Positions 24,608 to 33,386 of a stretch of 64,000 bases of DNA are shown piece by piece. Every line of letters starts with the position of its first letter. Within the stretch, counting starts at the first letter, position 1. Origin of the DNA: an uncultured Gammaproteobacteria bacterium (GTDB lineage Bacteria > Pseudomonadota > Gammaproteobacteria > UBA9214). The position numbers and the translations under genes are program-made. The stretch is from assembly GCA_963748215.1 (NCBI GenBank), contig CAVVHS010000009.1, positions 288,001 through 352,000 on the forward strand, given 5' to 3'. The notes under the pieces were generated by a model. The model was not told the origin of the DNA and ran no database searches. It saw nothing but the letters and a program-made list of their open reading frames with translations.

Positions 24608-27109
24608 TCAGTCTTCCCTCAGTTGCGGTGCCGGGTCGCGATGCGCGGAACGCCATGCCGGGTAGACAGCGGCAAGCCCCGCAGCCAGCAGCCCGACCAG
24701 CAGCGTCTGCAGCAGCAGCCCGCTATCAACGCTGAATGGCATTGTCCAGCCGAATGCACGCCGTTGCACCGACTGGATCAGGACCCACGCCATGAGCACG
24801 CCGGTGGGAATTGCCACACACGCGGCCAGCAGTCCCATCAGCAAGGACTCGCCGCCGATCAGTCCTGCGATCTGGCCGCGTGTCAGTCCCAGCGCACGCA
24901 ACACGGCATACTCCCTGGCGCGTTCAAGCTGCAGCGCCATCAAGGCGCTCAACACACCGATAAACGCGACAGTCAGGGACACGGCGCGCAACACTTCGGT
25001 GACGCGGAAGGTGCGGTCGAAGACGGCCATGGATTCGTTCAGTATGGCGCCTGCGGGCGTCTGCACGATGGCGTAGCGCGCGGCGAGTTCACTCAAATCG
25101 CGGCGCATTTTATCCACTTCGCCGTTACGCGCAAACAGGGCCAGCGTGTTGACCTGCTGCTCGGGCCAGTACTTGCGGTAGACGGTTTCATCCAGAAAGA
25201 TGCGGCCGTGTTCGCTGGCATAGTCGCGGAATACAGCCGCCACCTGAACGGCCAGAGGGCCTCTGGGTGTTGGCAGTTCCAGGCGCGAGCCGGGCGTCAG
25301 GCCGAGGTGGTAGGCCAGTGGTTCGGAAACCAGCACCGCACCCCTGTCAAATTCCTTCCATGCCGACCGTGCACCGCTCAACAGCACAAAGCCGCGGCGC
25401 GACGGCGCGGCCAGGTGCGCCCCGACGAGTTCCACGCGCCGGCCGGCCAGCGGCAGCTTGCGCTCGCTGTAACGGCTGATCGCCGCCACGGTCCCCAGCC
25501 GGGACACTTCGTGCAGGACGGCTTCAGGCAGATATGCACCTTCATCAAAGCCTTCGGCCGCTACATAGAGGTCTGCACTTAACAGGTCGCTCAGCCAGGT
25601 GTTGACCGAACCACGCATGCTTTCCACCATGACACCGACACCGACGCTGGCTGACAACGCCACCATCAGTGCCGCAACGGCAATACCCAGGCGCGACAAA
25701 TGCCGGTCCAGATCGCGCACGCCCATCCGCCAGATACCGGGCAAGGACGCACGCGCCAGTAGCCGGTACAGCACGCGGATCATCAGGGGTGTCATCATGG
25801 CCGCGCCCAGCACCAGCGCAAACAAGCCGGCAAAGCTCATGATCACGCCGCCCGGTAAAACCAGTGCCAGCAGCAAGCCCGCCGACAACAGCACCAGACC
25901 GAGCAGCGCGCACAGGGGGACGCCGCGCTGCACGGCCTGCTCCAGTGCCGCCCGCGAGAGTGTCGTCAACGGGGGCGTACGTGCGGCTTGCCAGGCGGGC
26001 ACCAGTGTCGCCAGCAGGGTCGCCACCACGCCCAGGCTGGCGGCGATCAACAGTGACCTCCAGTCCAGGTGCAGGGCCGTCACGCTGACCGTGTAGTAAA
26101 GGTCGCTGACGGTAGCCGCCACCAACCGGGTCAGCCCCTGGCCCAGCCACACACCGAGCAATATCCCGATCAGCGTGCCGAGCACGGCAACGATCGCGGC
26201 TTCCAGCAGGATCAGGCTGAACAGTTCCCGCGGCGTCACACCGATGGCGCGCAGCCGCCCGAACAGGTTGCGCCGCTGCACCATGGAAAAGGTCATGGCG
26301 TTGAAAATAAGAAACATGCCGACCAGCAGCGCCAGCAGGCTCATCGCGGTGAGGTTGAGCTCGAATGCCGCTGACAGGCGTGTCACACCCTGCGCCTGTT
26401 CGGCGACTGTCTGCAACTGCACGCCGGCGGGGATGCGCTGCCTGACCCAGCGTTCGCCGGCGGCATCCAGTATCAGGTCCACGTAGCTGAGTTGCCCGTT
26501 CATCTCCAGAATGGATTTGGCGGTGGCGATATCGACCAGCAGCAGGTCGTCACCGGCAGTGCTGTGCCGCGTATCGATACGCAGCACATCGAGCATGGTG
26601 GACCTGCCCCGGTGAACGATGTCCAGCCTGTCACCTGCAGCGACATCGAGCGCGCGCGCCGTTGCCGCGCCAAGCACCAGCGCACCTGCCTGTGTCAGCC
26701 AGTCTGCGGTGAAGCCCGCGCCGGTCGACACCTCGGCAAGCTGACTGCGGAACGGCGCCTCGGCAAACAGGTCAAAGCCCACCAGGTGATAACGTCCCGT
26801 GCCGCCTTCGACCCTGACCCAGCCGCTCACCACCGGCGCCATGGGCGGTGCGCCGGGCTGGCGTTGCAGGCTGATATACACCTCATCGGGTAGCTCGGCG
26901 CCGGGCACGGCAAGGCGATGTGTGGCTTCGCCCTGCAACTGTCGCGCGGACAGCTCGAAGGCGGCACGCGCACCGCTGTTGGCCAGGTCCACCGCCAGTA
27001 CCACCGCAACACCCAGTGCGATGCCGGACAAGGCCAGCAGACCCTGCCAGCGATGGCGCAACATATAGCGCAGTCCGGCACGCAACAGCAATGGCGAGAA
27101 ATATCTCAC
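24608..27109 (-). CDS. FtsX/MacB-like ABC permease (AttG-like)
   Basis: Two FtsX repeats, GIALGVAVVLAV, RLRAIGVT, VLRALGLT. Confidence 0.88.
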   Translation of the reverse strand: MRYFSPLLLRAGLRYMLRHRWQGLLALSGIALGVAVVLAVDLANSGARAAFELSARQLQGEATHRLAVPGAELPDEVYISLQRQPGAPPMAPVVSGWVRVEGGTGRYHLVGFDLFAEAPFRSQLAEVSTGAGFTADWLTQAGALVLGAATARALDVAAGDRLDIVHRGRSTMLDVLRIDTRHSTAGDDLLLVDIATAKSILEMNGQLSYVDLILDAAGERWVRQRIPAGVQLQTVAEQAQGVTRLSAAFELNLTAMSLLALLVGMFLIFNAMTFSMVQRRNLFGRLRAIGVTPRELFSLILLEAAIVAVLGTLIGILLGVWLGQGLTRLVAATVSDLYYTVSVTALHLDWRSLLIAASLGVVATLLATLVPAWQAARTPPLTTLSRAALEQAVQRGVPLCALLGLVLLSAGLLLALVLPGGVIMSFAGLFALVLGAAMMTPLMIRVLYRLLARASLPGIWRMGVRDLDRHLSRLGIAVAALMVALSASVGVGVMVESMRGSVNTWLSDLLSADLYVAAEGFDEGAYLPEAVLHEVSRLGTVAAISRYSERKLPLAGRRVELVGAHLAAPSRRGFVLLSGARSAWKEFDRGAVLVSEPLAYHLGLTPGSRLELPTPRGPLAVQVAAVFRDYASEHGRIFLDETVYRKYWPEQQVNTLALFARNGEVDKMRRDLSELAARYAIVQTPAGAILNESMAVFDRTFRVTEVLRAVSLTVAFIGVLSALMALQLERAREYAVLRALGLTRGQIAGLIGGESLLMGLLAACVAIPTGVLMAWVLIQSVQRRAFGWTMPFSVDSGLLLQTLLVGLLAAGLAAVYPAWRSAHRDPAPQLRED

Positions 27110-27114
27110 GGCAT

Positions 27115-27852
27115 TCAGTCTGCCGCTACCTGCCCGTGGCTCAGACGCAGAACCCGGTCGGCCGCCTGAGCAACATATGTGCTATGCGTTACCAGCAGCA
27201 TGGTCGTTCCCTGCCGCCTGGCCAGGCCGGTGAGCAACTCGATGATCCGGCCGGCGCTATCCTCATCCAGGTTGCCGGTGGGCTCGTCGGCCAGCAACAG
27301 GTCGGGCCGGTGCACCAGCGCGCGGGCGATGGCGGCGCGCTGCTGTTCACCGCCCGACAGTGTTTCGGGAAAACGATGCTCCAGACCGCCGAGTCCGACA
27401 TCTTCCAGCAGATCGGCAGCGCGTTGTTGCGCTGCGGAATTGGCATTACCCAGCAGTTCCAGCGGCAGGGCAATATTCTCACCCACCGTCAGGGTCTGGA
27501 TAAGGTTGAAAAACTGGAATACGAAACCGATACGCCGGCGCCGCAACAGGGTGCGTTCGGGTTCCGCCAGTGCGTGTACATCGACACCGTCCAGCCACAC
27601 GTTACCGCTGTCTGGGCTGTCGATACCGCTGATCAGGTTGAGCAGGGTCGTCTTGCCACTGCCACTGGCCCCCAGCAAGGCAACCGTTTCGCCTTTCCCG
27701 ACGCTGAACGTCAGCCTGTCGAATACCACTTGTCGCGTGCTGCCGGACCAGTACACCTTGGCTAGATTGTCGACACCTACCATGCTCACCTGGATACTGC
27801 CCGCGTTGCCAAACAATTCCGTTGACATCATACACTGCTGCACGTCATGCAC
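27115..27852 (-). CDS. ABC transporter ATP-binding protein (LolD/MacB-type); true start may be downstream (e.g. 27783)
   Basis: GASGSGKT, GFVFQFFNL, LSGGEQQR, LADEPTGNLD. Confidence 0.9.
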   Translation of the reverse strand: MHDVQQCMMSTELFGNAGSIQVSMVGVDNLAKVYWSGSTRQVVFDRLTFSVGKGETVALLGASGSGKTTLLNLISGIDSPDSGNVWLDGVDVHALAEPERTLLRRRRIGFVFQFFNLIQTLTVGENIALPLELLGNANSAAQQRAADLLEDVGLGGLEHRFPETLSGGEQQRAAIARALVHRPDLLLADEPTGNLDEDSAGRIIELLTGLARRQGTTMLLVTHSTYVAQAADRVLRLSHGQVAAD

Positions 27853-27963
27853 TTACCCCTGTGCCAGGAGGGGACCGGGGTCCACTTCAATGAATAGAGA
27901 ATAGGGGACAAACCGCGTTTTTCAATACGGAAGAATAGGGGACAGACCACGTTTAGGGAAGAA

Positions 27964-28801
27964 TAGGAAGAATAGGGGACAGACCACGTTTTTCAATCTG
28001 ATTTGGCGGGTCTTCCCGGGTTTCTACGTGTAACACGTCGTTGCAGCATGTGGGAGATCTCAGACTTAAAGCGTTCATTACCCAGAGCATAGTTACCATG
28101 CGAAGCAGTCCGGATCTCGGCAAGCAGATCGGGGTCTATAGCTGTGTGAAACAGGCCACGGTAATTGGCAAGACGCGTTTCTTCACTCCCTCCGAGTGCC
28201 AGGTATTCTGCGTGTGGCGTCAGGCCGTCGTGCTGTGCGCCTTGACCGTTAATCCTGTAACTTGACCACTGATATTCTGCCGGGTGCTCTACCATGACTG
28301 CGCGAACCGGGTTCAATTCGATATATCGGTAACAGGCAAGTACATAGTGACTTTCCTGAACCAGACAGGAGCGAAAACGGCCTTCCCAAAGCGTTCCGCT
28401 GCGCTGGTAGCGACGGTTACTGTATTGGACGTAACGCTGACCAAGCTGTTTCATGAGCAGAGCGGCGCTATCACGCGCTGCTGGGGTAAGGAGCAGGTGT
28501 ACATGATTCGTCATCAGGCACCAGGCATGTACACTGCAACGATATCTAGCGCCCTGCTCAGCCAGGGTATCAAGGTAATACTGGTAATCGCAGTTGTCGT
28601 AGAAGCAGGGGCTGCGATTATTGCCGCGCTGGATGATATGCCAGGGAATGCCAGGAATGACCAGGCGGGCACGGCGTGGCATAAGAATAACCTTGTTCAA
28701 TTTAGAGTAAGAGTTGAATGGTGAATGCATGAATACGGCGGTTATGTAGTGAATGTGCGTGAAGGTGCGTCAGTAATTGACGAAAACGTGGTCTGTCCCC
28801 C
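27964..28801 (-). mobile_element. Y1/HUH transposase element, copy 1, with 18-bp inverted repeats
   Basis: GGGGACAGACCACGTTTT (27975-27992) / AAAACGTGGTCTGTCCCC (28783-28800); extra left-end copies at 27904 and 27938; identical to 45297-46134. Confidence 0.88.
27993..28682 (-). CDS. REP-associated tyrosine transposase-like (Y1_Tnp, IS200/RAYT superfamily)
   Basis: MPRRARL...HIIQRGNNR, HUH motif LMTNHVHLL, LWEGRF, YIELNPVRA. Confidence 0.92.
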   Translation of the reverse strand: MPRRARLVIPGIPWHIIQRGNNRSPCFYDNCDYQYYLDTLAEQGARYRCSVHAWCLMTNHVHLLLTPAARDSAALLMKQLGQRYVQYSNRRYQRSGTLWEGRFRSCLVQESHYVLACYRYIELNPVRAVMVEHPAEYQWSSYRINGQGAQHDGLTPHAEYLALGGSEETRLANYRGLFHTAIDPDLLAEIRTASHGNYALGNERFKSEISHMLQRRVTRRNPGRPAKSD

Positions 28802-28809
28802 TTTTTCAG

Positions 28810-28895
28810 ATCGATAATGCGGGACTCACGAAGTACTACGATGAAATAGTCTCAGTCGAGGAAACTTGAAGTTTCAAGTCGGATGCTAAGGTCCA
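28810..28895 (+). pseudogene. Relic of a haloacid dehalogenase (HAD) gene
   Basis: Translates IDNAGLTKYYDEIVSVEET*SFKSDAKV, resembling the HAD 'AGL..FD.IVSVE...FKPDP.V' segment, with an in-frame stop. Confidence 0.5.
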
Positions 28896-29054
28896 CCGGT
28901 CGGTTATGGGGGTGACCTTGAATGTTCGCTGATGGACGTAGATTCGCAGTCCCAACTCAAGACGTCATACCGTGATGGCACCACGGGGGAAACCCAGGGG
29001 ACGTTCGTCAAATAGTCAAAATAAAGTTAAAACAGAAATAGCGGATTAATTATT

Positions 29055-29453
29055 CTATTTGTCGGCCAAACTTTCCCACAAGCCTCTGGGTGTGATTATG
29101 GGTAGCCCTTCCACGCTTTCCAAATTCAATAAGGCCTTATCTCCTGTGACGAACACATTGGCGTTGCCCGCCAGCGCGGCGGCAAGAATTGCTTCGTCAT
29201 CAGGATCAGGAAGTTTCGGCAAAGGGTGTTCGGCGGCTATAACCTGACCCTCTGTGCGGAGTAGTGCAATAAAGCCATTAGTGATCGCTTCTGTCTGACC
29301 CAGTTTTTCTGGGAGGATGCGTTGTAGTTCTCTAAAGACGGCTTCGGAGATTAATAGATCGTGGGACTGGAGAACCACTTCAAAGAGTTCAGCGCACAGT
29401 CCACGTGTTGTCAAGGCGCTGGCCAATACATTGGTATCCAGAAATATCCGCAC
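29055..29453 (-). CDS. PIN-domain toxin (VapC-like)
   Basis: RIFLDTNVLASA, DPDDEAIL, FVTGDKALL. Confidence 0.9.
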   Translation of the reverse strand: MRIFLDTNVLASALTTRGLCAELFEVVLQSHDLLISEAVFRELQRILPEKLGQTEAITNGFIALLRTEGQVIAAEHPLPKLPDPDDEAILAAALAGNANVFVTGDKALLNLESVEGLPIITPRGLWESLADK

Positions 29454-29665
29454 TAGATGTCCCGAAAGACATCTTCATCGGTAACATACCCGGCAGCCTC
29501 CGCCAGTGGTAGCGCCTTATGGCGTAAGGCACGAAAACGTTCTACGGCGATGCGTTTACGCAGCATCTCTCTTGCCAGATCACTTTTAGTGCGGTGCTGG
29601 GCCTTGGCTAGCTGGTCAAGGTCTTTTTCCAGTTCGTCGTCGATACGGATGGTCAGGGTGCCCAT
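29453..29665 (-). CDS. Ribbon-helix-helix (CopG-like) antitoxin
   Basis: MGTLTIRIDDEL...TKSDLARE; coupled to the PIN gene; near-palindrome TGTATTACATTGTAGTACA upstream (29693-29711). Confidence 0.88.
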   Translation of the reverse strand: MGTLTIRIDDELEKDLDQLAKAQHRTKSDLAREMLRKRIAVERFRALRHKALPLAEAAGYVTDEDVFRDI

Positions 29666-29780
29666 GGGGTCCTCCAAGCAAAGAAGTTTATCTGTATTAC
29701 ATTGTAGTACAGCGACGGGCGGGGAGACAGCCTTTAATGCGGATTACTGGTTTAATGACAGAAAAGGTGCTGAAAATGCC

Positions 29781-30088
29781 TGCGGGAGTTTTGCGGGACT
29801 GGGTGCAGCACCGTTATGCACGGTACTGCATTTTAGGCAACGGACGCCCCGGTATTATGTTATATAAAACAATTAGATAGGTCGTGATTCTCGGACTTTT
29901 AATCCGATGGTCGTTGGTTCGAGCCGAGGACGACGCAGTCGGCCGAGACAACAGCGTCGCATCAGCGACGCTGACCCCGAAGGGGCGAGGGCGCAGCCCG
30001 AGTAATCCAACACGACCCACCATTAAATCAATCACTTAATTCCGATTTTTCATCCCGGTAAAAATTGATTGTGGGGATTTTGCGGGGA
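29781..30088 (+). repeat. Island junction 1: arm repeat, tRNA-Lys 3' half (29892-30022) with 82-nt T-loop insertion (29923-30004), IHF site, arm repeat
   Basis: CGGACTTTTAATCCGATGGTCGTTGGTTCGA[82 nt]ATCCAACACGACCCACCA, matching the tRNA outside the insert. Confidence 0.93.
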
Positions 30089-30315
30089 TTAACCGTAAAC
30101 CTTCCTCGTTGGTAAAATTTCGCCTGTAATAAAATCAATTGGTTGCACGTTAGTAACAGACTCGAACCGTTATTCTCTGGACCAAAAATCCGATGCTCGT
30201 ATAAACACGCAGATGTTGTGAAAAATGCATGAGTTTTATCTCGAACTCCATGACATGCATGTATAGATCAATGACTGTGGTACAGATATGTAACCCGCCA
30301 TTCAATGCTTAACCA

Positions 30316-31617
30316 CTATCGCTCTTCAGGCGCCTTCCAGGATTGTAATCGGTCGAGCGTATCGATGCTGCCGATCAGCTTTCGAGCGCGTCGCAGCCGT
30401 TCCATGGTGTGCTCTCGCTGATCTTTTGGTAAGTCTTCCAATCTCCGTTCTGCGTCAGCGAAGAACGCCTCGAGTTGTTTTGACGTGGCCCATGTTTCGA
30501 TGATCTCGAGCAGTTCCTCTTTGCTGTCTTTAAGGGCCTTTGCGGCACGTCTCTCCGCCTCTTCGCGATGCCATTGCTCCATTTGGGCGGCCCAGCGCTG
30601 GCGCTCCCGTTCTGCTTCGCGTTCGCCTTCTTCAACCAGGCGCGCGATGTCAATCGTGGCTTTGGTCAGCGCGCGTACAATCGCGGGGATTCGGGTGGAG
30701 AGATCGCGATGGTTTGTTTCCCGCCATTGCTGGGTCCATTGCGCGCGCGGGTAGGGTGAATAGGCTTGCAGACATAATCGGCCGGTCGGGAAATCTCGCC
30801 TGCTGGTCCAGCCGCTATCCGCTACATAGCGGCCACGCCGTTGCGGGACGTAGTCACTCACCCGTACATACTCACCTTTGACATAGCGCACCTCGACGTT
30901 CTCGGACAGCTCGATGATGGTAAGACCAATCGCGACGGTCCCGATATAGACGACGGTGCTGCGCTGCGGTGACCAGAGGTTGTTGTAATGGTGTTGTTTC
31001 TCCGGATGCTCCCGTTCATCGACTGTTGCCCTGTGAAATTGCTCTGTATTCGGTGCGATGAGTACCCGGTGCCCGCGCGTTTCCAGTGCAAGAAAGAGCT
31101 GGTTGGCAAAGGACAGGGCCTTGTCCAGGCCGGTTTTCGTCACAACCAGATCAATGAGCAGCCTTTTCGCGGGCTTCAGGTAGCCTGCGGAATAGGAGAG
31201 CCGGCCTACCTCGAAGTGTGATTTCACCTCGGTGGTCAGCGGATGTCGATCCGGGAGCGGTTGGTGATGTTTGTGTGCTTTGCGGTCTTTCTTGTCCGGT
31301 GGCTTCGGTTGCGGTCGTGCGCGCCTGGGTGGTGTGCCATCGCGTGACCACTCGAGTGGATCGCCGGGTCGCGCTTCCGGGAAGGCTGGCTGTGTGGATG
31401 CCTTACCGACTGCCAGTTTTGCCCAATAGCCGCGCTCAGGTCGTGGCACGTTGAGCTGGGTACAGACCCGGGCCATGTAGCTTGATGAAACACCGAACCG
31501 GGCCGCCACCTTGAGCATCGGCTCGGCCCAGACGAGTGCGTACAGCGCTTCCCGTGTGACTTTCGAGTCGTCTTGCGTGGGGTCTGGTGGTGAGTGCTTA
31601 CCGTTTCCGGGATTCAC
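30316..31617 (-). CDS. Hypothetical protein with N-terminal HTH-like region and C-terminal coiled coil
   Basis: 433 aa; TREALYALVWAEPMLKVAARFGVS...PRPERGYWAK; cotranscribed after abiEii. Confidence 0.8.
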   Translation of the reverse strand: MNPGNGKHSPPDPTQDDSKVTREALYALVWAEPMLKVAARFGVSSSYMARVCTQLNVPRPERGYWAKLAVGKASTQPAFPEARPGDPLEWSRDGTPPRRARPQPKPPDKKDRKAHKHHQPLPDRHPLTTEVKSHFEVGRLSYSAGYLKPAKRLLIDLVVTKTGLDKALSFANQLFLALETRGHRVLIAPNTEQFHRATVDEREHPEKQHHYNNLWSPQRSTVVYIGTVAIGLTIIELSENVEVRYVKGEYVRVSDYVPQRRGRYVADSGWTSRRDFPTGRLCLQAYSPYPRAQWTQQWRETNHRDLSTRIPAIVRALTKATIDIARLVEEGEREAERERQRWAAQMEQWHREEAERRAAKALKDSKEELLEIIETWATSKQLEAFFADAERRLEDLPKDQREHTMERLRRARKLIGSIDTLDRLQSWKAPEER

Positions 31618-31654
31618 GATACTGTTCCAACCGCAGCGAGATCAGCGCACTACA

Positions 31655-32581
31655 CTACGATTCTTCCAGCCAAGGTCCACCTTCTTTCCAGCGCGCATCG
31701 AATTTCAATCCTTGTCGGGCGGCTGCTGTCGGTGGTCGCAGAAACGCTGCCAGGAACTCGCACACGTCCGTAAGCAACGGTCCGTCTCCGTCTGTGGATA
31801 CTCTCGACAGGAATGCCTTCCACTGGCTGTTCTTTGCCCGGTCGCTCGCGAAGTCGGGACCGAGACCGGATGGCGTGTCTTCTGGCAGCTCGGTTCGCCG
31901 GCGTGCGAATGTATTGCCTATCGCTTGGGCATGTGACTCGCCCTGGTAATCAAAATCCCGCGCCATCACCCACAGGTCGTAGAAATCCTTCATCCGACTA
32001 TTGGCCATGCCCAGTGCAACGAGTGCCTGGTACTTCTCGGCAATCACGGTCTCGCGCGGATAGGCCCTGAGCCTTGGGGCAGGGCCACCCAGTAACGTTG
32101 GATACTCCATCACGACTGTTTCCGGTGTCACAGCGTCACCGAATCCGATGTCCGCCTGGATCGGGATCCGTGCACCGGCGAGCTGCCCTGTCAGCGTGAC
32201 CCGCATGCCACCGTACTCGGTGTCGTCCCGGATGGATTCAACGCGAAGGCTTTCCGGGTCAAACGTGACGCTGTCTCCCTGAGCGGACATGGCGCACAGA
32301 TCGCGGAAGACCTCGAGTAAACCCGTTTCGCTGCTGTCGCCAGAGCCAAGAAAGTCGACATCCCGGGTCGGCCGGTGCGGATTGCGACTCCATAGAATGA
32401 ACAGCATGGCCCCTTTCAGTACGAAGCGATCTTGATGGGGCGAATGGCTCAGGCGGTAGAGGAGGCGCTCCAGACCGTAGCGCGTCAGCAGCAGCTGGAA
32501 ATCCTCTCCACGCTCACGAGCGAGGGCAAGCAGCCGGTCCCGGGCGGATGCTGCAGAATTATTCTTCTCAGAGGGACTCAC
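31655..32581 (-). CDS. abiEii: AbiEii/AbiGii nucleotidyltransferase toxin (type IV TA)
   Basis: ERLLYRL, FVLKGAML, RPTRDVDF, AEKYQA, NSRMKDFYDL; GTG overlaps abiEi TGA. Confidence 0.9.
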   Translation of the reverse strand: MSPSEKNNSAASARDRLLALARERGEDFQLLLTRYGLERLLYRLSHSPHQDRFVLKGAMLFILWSRNPHRPTRDVDFLGSGDSSETGLLEVFRDLCAMSAQGDSVTFDPESLRVESIRDDTEYGGMRVTLTGQLAGARIPIQADIGFGDAVTPETVVMEYPTLLGGPAPRLRAYPRETVIAEKYQALVALGMANSRMKDFYDLWVMARDFDYQGESHAQAIGNTFARRRTELPEDTPSGLGPDFASDRAKNSQWKAFLSRVSTDGDGPLLTDVCEFLAAFLRPPTAAARQGLKFDARWKEGGPWLEES

Positions 32582-33180
32582 GCGGCCAGGGATTCCAGGT
32601 AGGGCCGCATGACGTTGCGAACGCGGCAGACATCGGCGTAATGCCAGAGGTCGTCCATTTTGCAACGGCGTTCTTTCCAGCATTCCCGAAGGGCCTCGAT
32701 CGCAACGTCGAGACCGATCTTGTTCCTGTACTTGAAGCAGTCGGCAACCGTTTTGGCCGGATTGAAGATGCGCACAGGCACACCTCCCAGTTTCTTGACA
32801 ACGACCCCTTCATCGAGCGCCGTCTCCGAAAAATGCACGATGCGCAGGCGGGGATGCACGCCCCGAGGTCGCCAGGCCTTTTCGCCGATTGCGATCCATA
32901 TTTCGAAAGGCGCCTGGGTGGTCAGCTCGTGAAAGCGGAGCGCGGATAGCAGACAGATCACGCCATTGGGAACGCGCTTTGCGGCTTCGGCGAGCGTGCG
33001 GTGCTCTGTGGCGCCTGTGGCCGGAAGTACGTACAAACCGCGCCCGATGCGCTCCAGGCGCCCGGCTTTGTGGAGACGGCTCAGGTAAGTTCGGGGTATG
33101 CCCAGTGGCTCGAGGTCGCGCGGCCGCAGTACCCCGGCATCCCGGACGAGCTCGAGCACCCTATTTGCCTGTTCGGACAT
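32578..33180 (-). CDS. abiEi: AbiEi-family antitoxin/transcriptional regulator
   Basis: wHTH LERIGRGLY, VICLLSALRFHELTTQ, KTVADCFKYRNKIGLDVAIEAL. Confidence 0.9.
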   Translation of the reverse strand: MSEQANRVLELVRDAGVLRPRDLEPLGIPRTYLSRLHKAGRLERIGRGLYVLPATGATEHRTLAEAAKRVPNGVICLLSALRFHELTTQAPFEIWIAIGEKAWRPRGVHPRLRIVHFSETALDEGVVVKKLGGVPVRIFNPAKTVADCFKYRNKIGLDVAIEALRECWKERRCKMDDLWHYADVCRVRNVMRPYLESLAA

Positions 33181-33249
33181 GGGCCAAATGTTACATTACC
33201 TCGGGGAATATGCAAATACCCCGAGGTATCGTAACATCAACTTTGGCCC
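33181..33249. promoter_or_regulatory. Long inverted repeat upstream of abiEi (probable autoregulatory operator)
   Basis: ATGTTACATTACCTCGGGG-12 bp-CCCCGAGGTATCGTAACAT, extended by GGGCCAAA/TTTGGCCC. Confidence 0.7.
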
Positions 33250-33386
33250 AGTCAGGACATGAAGCCGCGCTGAGGGCTGAGTGAACTCGGGTAATATCTG
33301 GAGAGCTAATTACGCGAAGCAAGGGGGATTCATGGAGATTTTCCGGGCAGGTGATTGATGAATTGCGTAAGGGAAGCTAGACGATC

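Larger units (their letters stand above)
22602..29896. mobile_element. tRNA-Lys island 1 (~7.3 kb, no integrase)
   Basis: Bounded by direct repeats of the anticodon loop/3' tRNA half at 22602 and 29896. Confidence 0.85.

Noticed and set aside
29923-30004. Group I/II or archaeal-type tRNA intron
   Set aside because: Too short for a self-splicing intron, no bulge-helix-bulge seen, and present only in tRNA halves lacking the 5' part.
29892-30022. Additional functional tRNA-Lys genes at the three junctions
   Set aside because: The 5' acceptor strand and D-arm are missing and the T-loop is interrupted; these are att remnants.
29814-30035. Repeated minus-strand ORFs MIDLMVGRVGLLGLRPRPFG (also 40034-40402, 47062-47292)
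   Set aside because: Antisense translations of the tRNA fragment and insert; they diverge in length and sequence outside the repeat.
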